Shown piece by piece: positions 10,901-22,800 of a stretch of DNA of 64,000 bases. A program made the position numbers and the translations under genes. Under the pieces are notes generated by a model, which worked only from the letters and a program-made list of their open reading frames with translations, was not told the DNA's origin and did not search any database. The number at the start of each line of letters is the position of its first letter. Position 1 is the stretch's first letter. Origin of the DNA: Antedon mediterranea (taxonomy: Eukaryota > Animalia > Echinodermata). Where the stretch lies: assembly GCF_964355755.1 (NCBI RefSeq), contig NC_092671.1:5952001-6016000 (forward strand), read 5' to 3'.

Positions 10901-12990
10901 GTAGTACCGTAAGTCGATCTACCTCTGTCAACGAAGACCTTCTTAGCCCTCACGGTAGGACTAACGTTTTTGTGGATGTTGCGAATGGACCATCGTCAGC
11001 TGGTAAATCTATTCCAACTGCTGTACCTGGTGTACAAATGACGGCTGCTGAGATGGGTGAACTGCAAAGTAAATTGGTTGAATCGCTCAAAGCTCAGGTA
11101 TGTTAATATAATATCAATAATAAATTTTATTTCTCAAATAAAAACAAAAGTACAGATAACATTTTCTAAAATAATACATAATAAATGAGAAAAGGAGTAC
11201 CCCACTGGAAGCTTAAGCTTTAAAATGTGTGGTCCAGGCAACATATTTAAGTAAGGTAAGAAACATGTAAAAAACATTATGATAATAAACAAAAATAGCA
11301 TTTAACTTAACGAATGCAGTTATGTATAGAAATTGGATTATTACAATTTAACAATGATCTATAATTTTTTATTTAACTTAATGTCATTTTTATGAGGAAA
11401 AAACCCCAAAAAAACCAGTTTGGATAAAAAAAGTTTGCAATTTGTTAAATTGACCCAGTGTACACCATATCTTATCATCACGCTTACAATCTTACTACGA
11501 TGTTAGTAAAGTGAAACATGCATATTTTATGCCTAATGAAGCGTGAAGCCCAGGAAGGGTCTCGTCTGCTTGTTTCTTCTCATCGTTAATCAAATTGTTC
11601 ACGTCCTGTGTTTTGGTTCAGTTAAATCCCGGAGATAAACTTCTCATTGCTAATATTAAAGTATTTAAAATGCAAATGCTTTTGAACAACAAATTTGGAC
11701 ACAATACAGTGTATTTGCAGTACAGTATTAACAAAATTGAATTAAAGTAGGATACATTCTAACTAATGGTTGTAATACCGTTATTTTTAATCATTCTGAT
11801 CATGGGTCAAATAAATTGCATTGGGTAAACTGTAAATTTGATATTTTATTTATATTTCATAAGAAAAAATGTTCCATAGATAATGATTGATGTTCTGAAA
11901 AGAGAATTATTTTTAAATAAAACCAATTTAATATATTCTACAGGGACTACCAGTACCTAAGTCACCGCCACATAGAAATAAAGGACGCAATGCTAAGGGT
12001 CCTAACCAGGTTAATAAGTTTCCAGAGAACAAAAACAGAAAACCTAACTACGGTCAAGATAGAGCACAAAGTAGGCAGCATGACCAAACAAATGATAGGA
12101 ACAAGCCAAAAGATAAACAACAAAATGATAAGTTACAAGATAGGCACCAGAATCAGAAAGATAGGCGTGAGAATCAGAAAGATAGGCACGAAAATCAGAA
12201 AGATTGGCACGAGAATCAGAAAGATAGGCACGAGAATCAGAAAGATAGGCATGAGAATCAGAAAGATAGGCACGAGAATCAGAAAGATAGGCACGAGAAT
12301 CAGAAAGATAGGATAAACGATAAACCAGGCAGGCAACATGACAAACAAGATCAACGACAAACAGAATCTCAAACAATAAAAACTGTACGAAGACGTGAGC
12401 AATACAGACGCCGTAAACGAGAACGAGAATACGCAGAGATGGATGATGAACGAGTTACTTCAAATGATGCAGCTGAGAAGGATTCGGTACGGAGTAAAGA
12501 ATATGAAACAAAATCTACAAAGCCAAACAGAAGTCCTCATACAAGGAACGATTCACCGGAGAAAAAACAAGGCGGACAAAGTAAGAAAGATGTTACACCT
12601 GAAAAGAAAGACACTGTTGAAAATAATATAGCATCGAAGAAAGATAAGGTAGAAAATGTTTTAAAGAATAACGAAGATAAAGCGACAGAAGGTTCACAGA
12701 ACGAGGCTGAAAAACAACGCAAAAACAACGTGGAAAGCAAACCACTGGCAAATGGCACGACACCGGTATCTAAAGAGAAGCGTGTACAACGATCACCGCG
12801 TCGAAAACCACGCCCAGCCTCTGTACCAAACGGCGTTATTCTCAACGGTCACGCTGAACACGAGAAAGAAGACATGACCAACAATAATAAAGATAATGCC
12901 TGTATTAAAAGTAACGATTCAAATGTAAAAACGATTGAACAGCCACTTCAAAACGGGCATGTCAATGGTTCTGTCGAGGTGGATGAGTGA
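1817..12990 (+). CDS. SPATS2: SPATS2/SPATS2L-family (DUF1387) protein, 5'-partial, spliced: join(1817..1976,2915..3184,5718..5853,8071..8129,9462..9571,10566..10646,10825..11097,11944..12990)
   Basis: Eight GT-AG exons join in frame (2136 nt, 711 aa + TGA). The translation ...LDKSAKDLQRTSVSL...EEMDNAFKKIKDAF..LLDTREVQLMRDL..VKKQA..MFDERQAKAVELKRR...LLELRADIKHFVSDRKVDEALGRTSRF...FGEV...YSSR matches the recalled SPATS2 DUF1387 core (KSVKDLQRCTVSL...LVELRADIKHFVSERKYDEDLGR). The KKNKKKK motif lies in the first visible exon. Confidence 0.92.
2137..2286. mobile_element. Harbinger/PIF-type MITE family A copy
   Basis: AGCTCTGTCTACACT left TIR and family internal sequence; right TIR truncated. Confidence 0.8.
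2685..2845. mobile_element. MITE family A copy (degenerate)
   Basis: AGCCCTGTCTGCACT end and family internal sequence. Confidence 0.7.
2915..3184 (+). CDS. SPATS2: SPATS2-like coding exon (low-complexity linker)
   Basis: catag acceptor, G|gtaagt donor, open frame, phase 1->1. Confidence 0.8.
3209..3302. mobile_element. MITE family A partial copy
   Basis: Right TIR ...GATAGTGTGGACAGAGCT followed by TTA. Confidence 0.7.
4021..4435 (+). pseudogene. tRNA-like element / SINE head: 5' half in tandem x3 (64-bp unit), complete 73-nt cloverleaf-like copy at 4165..4237, 3' half duplicated at ~4367
   Basis: GCCCCAG...TTGGGGC acceptor stem, D arm, GTTCGAATC B box and TTTTT just downstream; T stem has mismatches; related fragment at ~36245-36320 (-). 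Confidence 0.7.
4892..5057. mobile_element. MITE family A complete copy, TAA TSD
   Basis: Both TIRs present, TAA on each side. Confidence 0.85.
5718..5853 (+). CDS. SPATS2: SPATS2-like coding exon, start of DUF1387 core
   Basis: SALDKSAKDLQRTSVSLGHHRNKHSEEMDNAFKKIKDAFIEVHK; atcag acceptor, CT|gtaagt donor. Confidence 0.92.
5958..6119. mobile_element. MITE family A complete copy
   Basis: Both TIRs and internal family sequence present. Confidence 0.85.
6262..6416. mobile_element. Small hAT-like MITE (CAGTGGC...GCCATTG); second copy at ~30561-30752
   Basis: Short TIRs; TAACGCAGAGGCCTGAGGCCCCTGG is shared by both copies; no TSD recognised. Confidence 0.55.
8071..8129 (+). CDS. SPATS2: SPATS2-like coding exon (LDTREVQLMRDLTSVKKQA)
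   Basis: cttcttttag acceptor, A|gtaaga donor, phase 2->1; homologous to recalled LMDREVALLAEMDKVKAEA. Confidence 0.9.
9462..9571 (+). CDS. SPATS2: SPATS2-like coding exon (...LLELRADIK)
   Basis: tgtttag acceptor, AAG|gtaata donor; conserved ELRADIK. Confidence 0.92.
9906..10509. mobile_element. MITE family A copy interrupted by a nested element
   Basis: Left half 9906-9987, right half 10442-10509. Confidence 0.8.
9988..10441. mobile_element. Nested non-autonomous DNA transposon, ~55-bp imperfect TIRs, probable AT TSD (ISL2EU/Harbinger-like)
   Basis: AGGAAGGTTTCGCAACCTTACGAATACGATAAC... versus reverse complement AGAGAGGTTTCGCAATCTTACGAATACGATAAC... Confidence 0.75.
10566..10646 (+). CDS. 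SPATS2: SPATS2-like coding exon (HFVSDRKVDEALGRTSRF...)
   Basis: ttttacag acceptor, GAG|gtgaac donor, phase 0->0; conserved HFVSxRK. Confidence 0.92.
10825..11097 (+). CDS. SPATS2: SPATS2-like coding exon (QINFFGEV...SLKAQ)
   Basis: ctgtag acceptor, CAG|gtatgt donor, 273 nt open frame. Confidence 0.9.
11944..12990 (+). CDS. SPATS2: SPATS2-like terminal coding exon, charged and probably disordered, containing DRHENQK repeats
   Basis: ttctacag acceptor; 349-codon open frame to TGA, containing ORF 12439..12990 in the same frame. Confidence 0.88.
   Translation, partial: GLPVPKSPPHRNKGRNAKGPNQVNKFPENKNRKPNYGQDRAQSRQHDQTNDRNKPKDKQQNDKLQDRHQNQKDRRENQKDRHENQKDWHENQKDRHENQKDRHENQKDRHENQKDRHENQKDRINDKPGRQHDKQDQRQTESQTIKTVRRREQYRRRKREREYAEMDDERVTSNDAAEKDSVRSKEYETKSTKPNRSPHTRNDSPEKKQGGQSKKDVTPEKKDTVENNIASKKDKVENVLKNNEDKATEGSQNEAEKQRKNNVESKPLANGTTPVSKEKRVQRSPRRKPRPASVPNGVILNGHAEHEKEDMTNNNKDNACIKSNDSNVKTIEQPLQNGHVNGSVEVDE
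12139..12312 (+). repeat. Coding 21-bp tandem repeat, 8 units (GATAGGCACGAGAATCAGAAA = DRHENQK)
   Basis: Units read directly at 12139, 12160, 12181 ... 12286. Confidence 0.95.
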
Positions 12991-14144
12991 ATATATTTAA
13001 ATCATTATCATAACAATCCCTGGTATTAACCTGGAAATAGAAGACCACACCCAAAGAGTTATAGTTTATCACCCAAACTTGGTCCAATCTGTCAAGGGGT
13101 GGGCTTATAACCGAGTCTAAAACTAATGGGACCAAAGTGAGTTTGATTTTTGATTAAGCTTCATCCATTGATAAATAAATATAGTACTATGAAACTTAAT
13201 ATGTTATTATATACAGGAGAATGAATGAACTGTATATATTTGTAGTGACTAATAAGTCCGTTAAATTTGTCATTTGTGTCAGGTATACCTAGTGAACACA
13301 GTTATAAGAAGTACTGTATAGATATATTGAAACTAGTAATGTGCCTATACAAAGTGTTACTCGATAATTTAAACATCTTAATTTAAGTTTTATTTATACA
13401 TTTGATCAAAAACTGATGATCACAACTCATTATAAAATGTAATTGTTTGTTTAAAGATAAATAACATATTAAGCTGCATAATAAAGTGTAATGTTATTGT
13501 ACTATTATAAAAGAGTATATTTTTTTTCTTAAATATTATACAGAAATTATAATATTTTCATTTTTTTGTTATTAGTATTGTTCACCCATTGTGTATTGTA
13601 GAGGATAAATTATGTTAGAACCCATTAAATTCTTCATTTTAATGCAAGAAAAAAAAAAGTACAAACAAACAAAAATGTATAGATATAAATCTAAAAATAA
13701 AATACCAAATATGGTGTGCCTTACGTATATGTTAATGTATAATTCAATTTTTAACAAACACTACAATTGGGAATCTTCTTTTTTTTTCTTTTTCAAGAAA
13801 TTACATATTTTCAGAATTTAAATATTTTATAAAGAAAAAAAATATATTGTTGAGAAAACCATAAATGTTTATTTCTGTCTTATACAAAGTCTTCCATTAA
13901 TTGTATTTTTTTAATGTACTGTAAATAGAAAAGGGCATTATTGAAATTGCTTTAAAAACCTTTTCCCCTTAATTTTTCTTCTAGTTTTTTTATAGTTGGA
14001 AAAATTGGGTTTTGTTGATATGTAAATGAATACTTGACTGGTGACAATATTGTGATAATCATCCGATAAAATAACTGTTTCATCTTCATGTATTATAGAA
14101 AGATAATTTTTATGCTTAAGAGTTAAGTGTATGTAAAATATTCA

Positions 14145-14825
14145 CACATGAGAAATTCTCATAAGAAATTCATATATAAGAAATCTGTAGGCCTATGTGA
14201 GAAATCTGTTTATGTGAGAAATATAAGAAATCTTTATAATGAGAAATCCATATACTGTATAAGAAATCTGTATATAAGAAATCCATGTATCAGAAATCCA
14301 TATACTGTATCAAAAATCCATATACTGTATAAGAAATCTGTATATAAGAAATCCATGTATCAGAAATCCATATACTGTATCAAAAATCCATATACTGTAT
14401 AAGAAATCTGTATATAAGAAATCCATGTATCAGAAATCCATATACTGTATCAAAAATCCATATACTGTATCAGAAATCCATGTATACTCTATCAGAAATC
14501 CATGTATACTCTATCAGAAATCATACTGTATCAGAAATCATACTGTATAAGAAATCCATGTATCAGGAATCCATATACTGTATCAGGAATCCATATACTG
14601 TATCAGGAATCCATATACTGTATCAGGAATCTGTAGGGCTATATGCGAGAAATGTGTATATGTGAGAAATCTATTTGAGAAATGTGTATATGTGAGAAAT
14701 CCATATGAGAAATGTGTATATGTGAGAACTCCATATGAGAAATCCATATGTGAGAACAACATATGTGAGAACTCTATATGAGAAATCCATATGAGAAATG
14801 TGTACTGTATAATATGAGAAATCCA
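14145..14825. repeat. Composite minisatellite (AGAAATCCATATACTGTATC ~20-bp units grading into TGAGAAATCCATA-type units)
   Basis: Direct inspection. Confidence 0.9.
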
Positions 14826-17800
14826 TCTTCACCCAGTATTAGCAGCTAAGTATCTAACCACCAAGTTACAACATCACTGCTTATACTGTATGTACTATGT
14901 ATGTAATTAACGTACAGTATAACATACTGATTGTGATGTAATTACCATATACTGCATGTTCTGTATGGCATTATGCTAATTGTAACGTTTCTTAAATAAC
15001 AATCATTCCAGTCTGTCGTTTATTTTTCTCGTTTATTCTGCTCTTTTATTCTCTTATAATTTAAGTATATTTGTTAAGTAAGTTTGTGTATTCAAATAGT
15101 TTAATAAATGTGTTGACTTAATGTTCAGAAAACAACATTTAAATTGTGATGGTAATTATGGTTTTGTAAATCTTCAACTCATATTTTTCATTTAATAATT
15201 GTTGAGTTACTGAAAGTTTCTGCTAAATGTTAGTGTACATAGTTATATAAATTATATAATAGTTAATATGCAGTTGTAATAGTATCCATAAAATCTATAA
15301 TTGGTATTATTATAATAAATTCATTGTATGATATGTCACAATCTAGGTACTTGATTTTGGTGCTTTAAATAACTTTGCTTTAGTTGTTCTATTGATAATA
15401 TTATTACACTTATCGTATGCAGCAATAAATATCCACTGTTATATTTGTAATAGATTACTACCTTGTACACATACTTCTTACTTTTACCTTTGAAAATATC
15501 ATCACTTATTTTAGTCATATGCCATAAAGGTTTTATTTTATAGATAATTTTTTTTAAAGATTATTTTCAAATTGTTATTTATCTTTAAGTGGAAAGGTAA
15601 ATTGAAATATTTTACATGTTTGTTTTTTAGAGAGTATAATACAATTGCAAATCTTTAAGGTTAACATAGTTTCTGACCAAATATAATCCCTCCCGGAATC
15701 GAGGAATTGAACCGTCCCTGGCTTGTTCCCAATTATTCAATGACACAAGGAATATACAAAAATGTTGGTATGATAGTACAGCTACAGTTATATTCTTGGA
15801 TTAATGTCCCCCAGGGTTTAATGATTGTAATCCGATGTTCTCTGAATTTTTTCAAATGTTCAGTTTACTTATGGAGAAATAAGTTTTCCATGGTTTACTA
15901 GATACTACTGTATATTGTTGTAACACATCATGCATGCACTGTCGTAGGTAGTTGACTCTGTGCAATAATGCATGGTTTGTAACGAAAAGATTAATTAAAG
16001 CACTGTATATAACTTACCTCCGAAGTACAATATGTATTAAATTAGGAGATATTTTCAAATACAATCCTTGATGGAAGTCCATGTTAGACTAATAAATGTT
16101 AGATTTGTTATTCAATATCAGTACTTTATCAGGTTTGGTTATAACTTGTCAGTATAATCAAGGCAATTGTTAGATTGTCTTGGTATAATGAAACATTTTA
16201 TTAACCAAACCTACCTATAATCTAAAGGTTATAACTATAGCAATTCACTTTTGTTTAATTGTGAACTTCTTTTTCAAATACATATTATCTTGATGCTGCA
16301 GTACTCATTAGATAACTGCAAACCTGTACAATTGTTCTTTTATTCGTATGAACTTTAATACATCTTTCTTACAGACTTTAGATATCGTACATATTTCTTA
16401 TAAATTGTTCTTACAAACTGATGATAGGTTAAGAAGAAGAGTTAATATGATTATATATTTGGATTGTACGCTTCGATTCAGTACTCTCCTAAATTGGATT
16501 AGTTTCAATAAAAAAAAACCTGTATATTCTTACAAGAAATAAGGTATTTGCTGTTTTCATTGTTTTTATTTCCAATTGTCCATTTATAGTGCTTGTTTCA
16601 ATTATACCGTTTCAGTGAGGTACGTTTCTCGGTGATGCGGTTATATATTTACTTCATTTACTTGATGTTGAGACTTACAAAGCCGTAGCTTGTGTGTCCC
16701 TTGACGTGTTTCTATATCTTGTCTACTATAGGGGGCATATGCGCTTTAAAATGTTGATGAAGATTGCGTCAACTTTGTGCTGCGTTAGGATGTCACACAA
16801 TATTACCGAAGTTTATGCAGTGTGCGAAAGCGTTGCTGCAATAAATTTAGATCTGTAAGAGAAAAACAGCTTAGGCCTGGTACGTTTATAATATTATAGG
16901 CCTACAATAATGTATAACTAGTAATATTCACCTTCAGTTTGGCCAGAGAATTGATCACCATTCTTCAACATTGCAAGCCAAATGTTTGTTCCCGTACCAC
17001 CAGCAAGCAATGTGTAGCAAGTGAATATGCATAATACGTTCGGAATTCCAGGTGGTCATTATTAACTCATCAGGGAGGTATAAATATTTCTATACCTCTC
17101 TGAACTGACCGTGGATACTATATTGGTTTCTTTAGAGGTTGTATAGAGGGAAATTAGAGCATCATTTGGCTATTACTGAGATTTTCTACAGTATAAACGG
17201 TTTTCATTTGAAAATTAGTATAAAAGCAAATAATTCTGACTAATAATGAATCCTTGCTACTGTTCTTCTCAAAGTTAATACAACAAATGTTAAAGATCAA
17301 ACCCATATTAAATAAAATTAAATGTACCATATTTTCTTGTCACGAAAAATGGCAAATGTTGCATCTGTCAAATGTTAAAACCAACTGTTAAAGCTGAGCA
17401 AATGTTTAATCTGTTATTTCAATGTCGAATATATATATATATTGTAAAAATCAAAGCAGAACTATATCTCTCGGTGAAAAAAGAAAATAACTAGTTCACA
17501 ACAATACTAAATTTAAAAAAGAATTTATTGCTACAACCTGTAAAATGTACGTAATTTGTCTACAAATTAAAAAAAAAATTGAAACGATATGTTAAATCTT
17601 AAAATATTAACTTGAATCAAAATTAATTAACATTTAATTAATACCGGTAATAATGATAACACCATAGAGCAGCAAAACTGTGATTTAAAATAAAACATAA
17701 TTATTTGTTTTAAAATTCTTGTAATTTATAATACAGTATATCATTATTTTTTTTAAATTATTTATATAATTAGCAAGTGATCAGCTCTCTCTCTCCCTCT

Positions 17801-19571
17801 GTAAAATGAACACATTTAAATGTTTAATCTTAAAAATAATTGTATATATCTAAATAAGAATAATACCGTTACATAAAAAGGATCACTGTATTGAACAATT
17901 TAATTGAATGTCCATTAAAAAATATAAGTACAGTTTTTTGGGGTTTTTTTTTAGTTTAAAAACCAAGCAATTTAAGTTGATAATAGTAAACAGAATATGA
18001 TACTATTTCCTTAATAAAAAATAAGATGATTAAAGTTTAAAACTTAAGTACAGTTGAACATGGAAAAAGTAGTAGGTGGTAGAACATTTCCTTTACTGAA
18101 TGTGAAATATGATTTAATTTATAAATGAATACATTTATCATTCATTTGTATTTGATAATTTGATTTGATAATTTATTTACTATTTAAACACACTGTACAT
18201 TTCTATTTAAATTTATCCATATTTGAATAGATAAGAATAGAAAAAACAAATTATAAAAAGTAGGTGATATACATTAAAAATAGATCACTGAAAATTATCA
18301 TTTTAAAAAGTTGCTAATTAATAAGTAACTTAATTTGTTGCAATAGTTTAAAGAAAGAATTAAGTATAATACAAGACCATTGGTGGTAAAAATGATAAAA
18401 AAATGAATAAAAAAAACAAACAAGAAAACTAACCAATTAAATAGCACACAAATTAAATTAGTACACAACACAATAAATAATTTAATAATAAATTCTTGAA
18501 ATAATGCTGGTTTAAATTTAAATTTGAAATAGCCATATGTTAAATTGTCACTTCACTGCCTGATTAGTGTGGCAGACTGGGTGCCCACCCAAATCGGATC
18601 CGCCTATGTCCATTAACTTATAATTCAATTTTTAACGGAGTGTACAAATAAAGAAACATGACGACACATTATTTAATAAAATTTATCTAACTACAAGAAT
18701 AAAAATATGAAAGACATTATCAATTACACTATTATCCTAAATACATTTGGTTTAAATTACTGTTATACGTGTCCTTATCAACCGACTACATCAACCATAA
18801 TTTAATTTGTTCCGAAGACCTTGATTTGGCAAATTTGATTCTGTTCATACAAATTAAACTTGATCTTTTTGAAGGTATATCAATATACATAAGTCATACA
18901 TGATAGATATGTAATTATTTACATCCAATAACTATTTACCATCGTAGTAACGGATGAAGGTATACAAAAGGGTTGATACTTATTTCAATATATTTCAATT
19001 AAAGCTTCAAAAGTTTTAGAATATATTTTATGTCTCAAAACTTATTTAACTTAGAAATAGAGTTAATTTTTAAAACCTTATTTACATAATATATTATATC
19101 TATATAAGAATCCCAATGCACAAAATATGCTCTATACAAAATTAATTTCTATATAAAAGCAATCGTAAGTAAAATTACGATTACGAATTCTATGAATGAA
19201 TAATTGTAATGCTGTACAGTAAATGATTTGTTTGTTTGTCTGTTATACAATTTATATGTTATGCGTATACAACATGATTTGAGCTCAAAGTTATGGGATA
19301 GAATTATTGCACCCTCTTTATTAATTTGTTAATAATTACCTTTTTTTTTTCTATTTTCTATTTTTTTAAATAATCTGGTTAAATGCCAAAAGGAATGTTA
19401 AGAATCTACAAATAATTCTTAAATATTAAAATTATTAATTTGACAAATTGCCATGACTAGAAATGACATGACTAATAAAATAAATTCAAAATGTAATTTT
19501 AATTCTTTAAAAGGTATGTAAAACTATAATCAAAACTTATGGTATTATATTGAATAAAATGTCTTAAGTTA

Positions 19572-19707
19572 ACTATCAAACTAGTTTGACAAAACAAAGT
19601 GTACCCAAATATGGTAGTGATATGCCCAAACATGGTAGTGATATGACATCATCGCATCCATATATGGCCACATCACATTTTTATTGTCACATACAGTTTG
19701 ATAGTGT
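19572..19707. mobile_element. MITE family A copy in the MANSC 3' UTR, abutting the stop codon
   Basis: ACTATCAAACTAGTTTGAC...GTTTGATAGTGT; outer TIR bases eroded. Confidence 0.8.
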
Positions 19708-19710
19708 TTT

Positions 19711-19850
19711 TCAGTTGTACATTCCATTGATAAGGTAGTCAACTTTGGAGTAATGACGTCTCTGGTAACCTTCGTACCATCTCTTACCGAGTAAAACACA
19801 AATGGCACACGCAAATAAAACACCAAAACATAAGGACGCTATGAGAGCTC
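19711..19850 (-). CDS. MANSC1: MANSC gene terminal exon (TM helix + cytoplasmic tail)
   Basis: tgtttacag acceptor; GALIASLCFGVLFACAICVLLGKRWYEGYQRRHYSKVDYLINGMYN*. Confidence 0.9.
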
Positions 19851-22800
19851 CTGTAAACATAAAACATAGTAATAGTTTTAAATGATAATAGAAAAGAAAC
19901 AAAAAATCATCTTTTCAAGTTAAAATGGCCTGACATTTATGTATCATCATTAATTGTCCTAAATTTGCCTATTGATTTTGACAATCAATATATTGGTGAT
20001 GACAAAATCTGGAGTTATCTTATCATAATAGCATGCCCCTGACGCTCTCTATATTTTGCCAGGTGTAAATTTCTGAGAGCTAAATATATTGTATTGCTGG
20101 GCATTGTATTTATCCCCTATATATACACTTACCATTTGATGATAACTTATTGTATGCCACCTCACTATTAAGGACCACGTTTGATACGTTCTGAGAATTT
20201 TAAAAGAATAAATAAATGTTAAAAGGGATGATAACAAATTAAAAAATTATATTGAGGCATGAAAGACATGAAAGGCTTCCTCTTGGAAAAAAAAGACACT
20301 TTTCACAAGAGTAGGGGTTGGTGGTTGGAGTCTTAAGCTCTGTCTACATTTTCAAACTTCATCATCATGTCTATATATGGGCACATCACATTATCACTAC
20401 CATATTTAGGCACATCACAATTTTTTGTCAAACTAGTTTGATAGTGTAGACAGAGCTTTAAATCTTAAATCTTAAACTGCTAACTGGGAAGAAGATATTT
20501 AGGTTAACCTATACAGAACAAACTTTGTCCATGTTTTTCCAGGATCTTGGGTTGAAAATATTATATTATTTATTATTATTATTTTTTGCTATTGTGACAA
20601 AACTCCACTCGAAAAGACTGGTAACAAGACCTTGTTTATGTAGAGCATATTATGTATAGGTTGTCTTTGATTATTTAAGGTGGAGGTCGCTTTATTAACC
20701 ACTAGCCTAGACGGCTATCTGACCTCTTCAGGAGACTCTCATAAAAAAATTCTTTTTTTAATTCAAATTAATATACAAAAACTTTAAACTAACTTTAGTA
20801 CACTTATCGTACCTTATTTGATATAGTTGTAGCATCTGTAAACAATTCGGTAACTTCAACATAGCGCGTTTCTGTTGTTGTACTTTTCGTGATTTCTGTC
20901 GCAACTGTTGTAGTTTGTTGATCAGTTGTTGTTGGTTGCGACGGTAGCAGCGTGGTTGTTGGTGCCGGAGTGGTAATACGTGGTGCAACAGTTGTCGATG
21001 GTTTCAGTGGCGTTAAAGATGCATCTAAAGCAATAAATATGTGGAAAAGTTGATATGTTTGCTGTTCTGAATATTGTAATTTTATAATGAAATTAATGAT
21101 AGTATAACATGTACATACGCCTACAACATCAACCGTGATTACAAAAGTGGCATTATTTTTCTTATTTGTCAATTTGTACAAGTAATTTCATTTCTGATTT
21201 TGAAATTATACTTTTATTATTATTTTAATTCTTATTTAGATCAAAACTGAATAAAATAGCATGGAAGGAAGTAGGTGATGTAGTAACAAATATAAAAAAA
21301 AGTGAGCAAGTGATCATGAATAACAAAATATAATTCATGTAATGAAGCTCAAGCTCAATGATGAATGGCTGATTTGGATACTTGCTTTTTTGTCTCCATA
21401 CTCAACAAACAAAACACACCCTCTCTCATAACCCCTAAAAATGGTGTACAGTCAAACCTCCTCCTAATTATCTCAAACTAATGAACTCTATCATAACATG
21501 ATTCGTTGTGCGACAGCACAGTTTATTTAATATACGGTCAAGATAAATACAAAATAATAATGTGAGTTGCAAATAAAACTGTAAATAAGGTAAAAAACAG
21601 AAGAAAAACATTTTTTCTTGTCGTGTTAGACCTTATATGTGATCAAAATACAGATAAACGATAACTATATGTTGTATAAGAATAAAACACATGCATAAGG
21701 ATAGTGAATATTGTGTAACAGATTAAAACAATGTATTCTTAATAATTTTTTCGGAAAAATGAGGGTGTCTAAATAATATTGACATAATTGCTCAAACATG
21801 CTCAAAAAGAATAGAATGAAGGCATGCAAGAAATAATAAATTGCAAACAGATGCAATGAATAATACTGTACATGCAAAGACTATACTAACACCGTGTATC
21901 ATCGGGTATAAATCCCACTTTTGGTCTAATCCCACTCCCTACTTTATGTCTGATTTCACAAACAGGCATATCCCTAGGTATAGTGGTTTGGATGTAGCCA
22001 GTCCTGATGAGGTTTTACAAGAAATGCTAACAAATCATTTTTTTTCTCTCCTGAATAAGGGTTTTTCCCATGTATAGTCATACCACCCCAAAGTTGGCCC
22101 AATTTTGTGTTGTAGGGGGTGGGATTATACCAAAGGATATGCGGTATACCGCATGGTACAGTAAGGACTACTACTGTTTTCGAAAGGGTGTCTAAACTGT
22201 CCAATAGTAACTTGCAAAATATAGCTAACTCGGCCCTTGCATGGACTCGGCTTAACCATATGACCCTCAATGCTAAAAAAACATGTGAATTAATTGTGAG
22301 TTGTAAGAAAAACAAGTCGATATTTAATCCTCTAATTATTAATAAATGTAGTGTTAACCAGGTTTGCCGTACTAAGCTCCTTGGAATTATTATATGTGAC
22401 AATTTATCATGGCAACCCCATATTGATTCTTTGATAGCTAAATCAAACTCACGGTTATATTTCCTTAAACAATTGCGCCGGTCCGGTCTAGACGCCCAAG
22501 CCTTATGCTATTTCTATTGTTGTGTTATCAGACCTGTACTAGAATACGCCGTCCCCGTTTGGGGAACGTGCTTAACTAAATTGCAGTCTGACCAACTGGA
22601 AAGTATCCAACGAAGGGCGCTTAGAATCACGTTCCCAGAGCTCAGTTACAACAAAGCAATGGCTCAATGTAATGTGCCTGTGCTATGTGAACGTCGAACT
22701 AGACTGTGCAAGGATTACTATCAGAAACTTAAAAACCCTTCCCATAGACTTCATCACCTTCTTCCAAAAGCGCCTAAATCTAGATACAATTTAAGACAAG

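Noticed and set aside
11990-12402. ORFs 11990+, 12044- and 12133- (RIRKIGT, AYLSDSR, PIFLILV repeats)
   Set aside because: These are alternative-frame or antisense readings of the 21-bp coding repeat; the spliced SPATS2 frame explains them.
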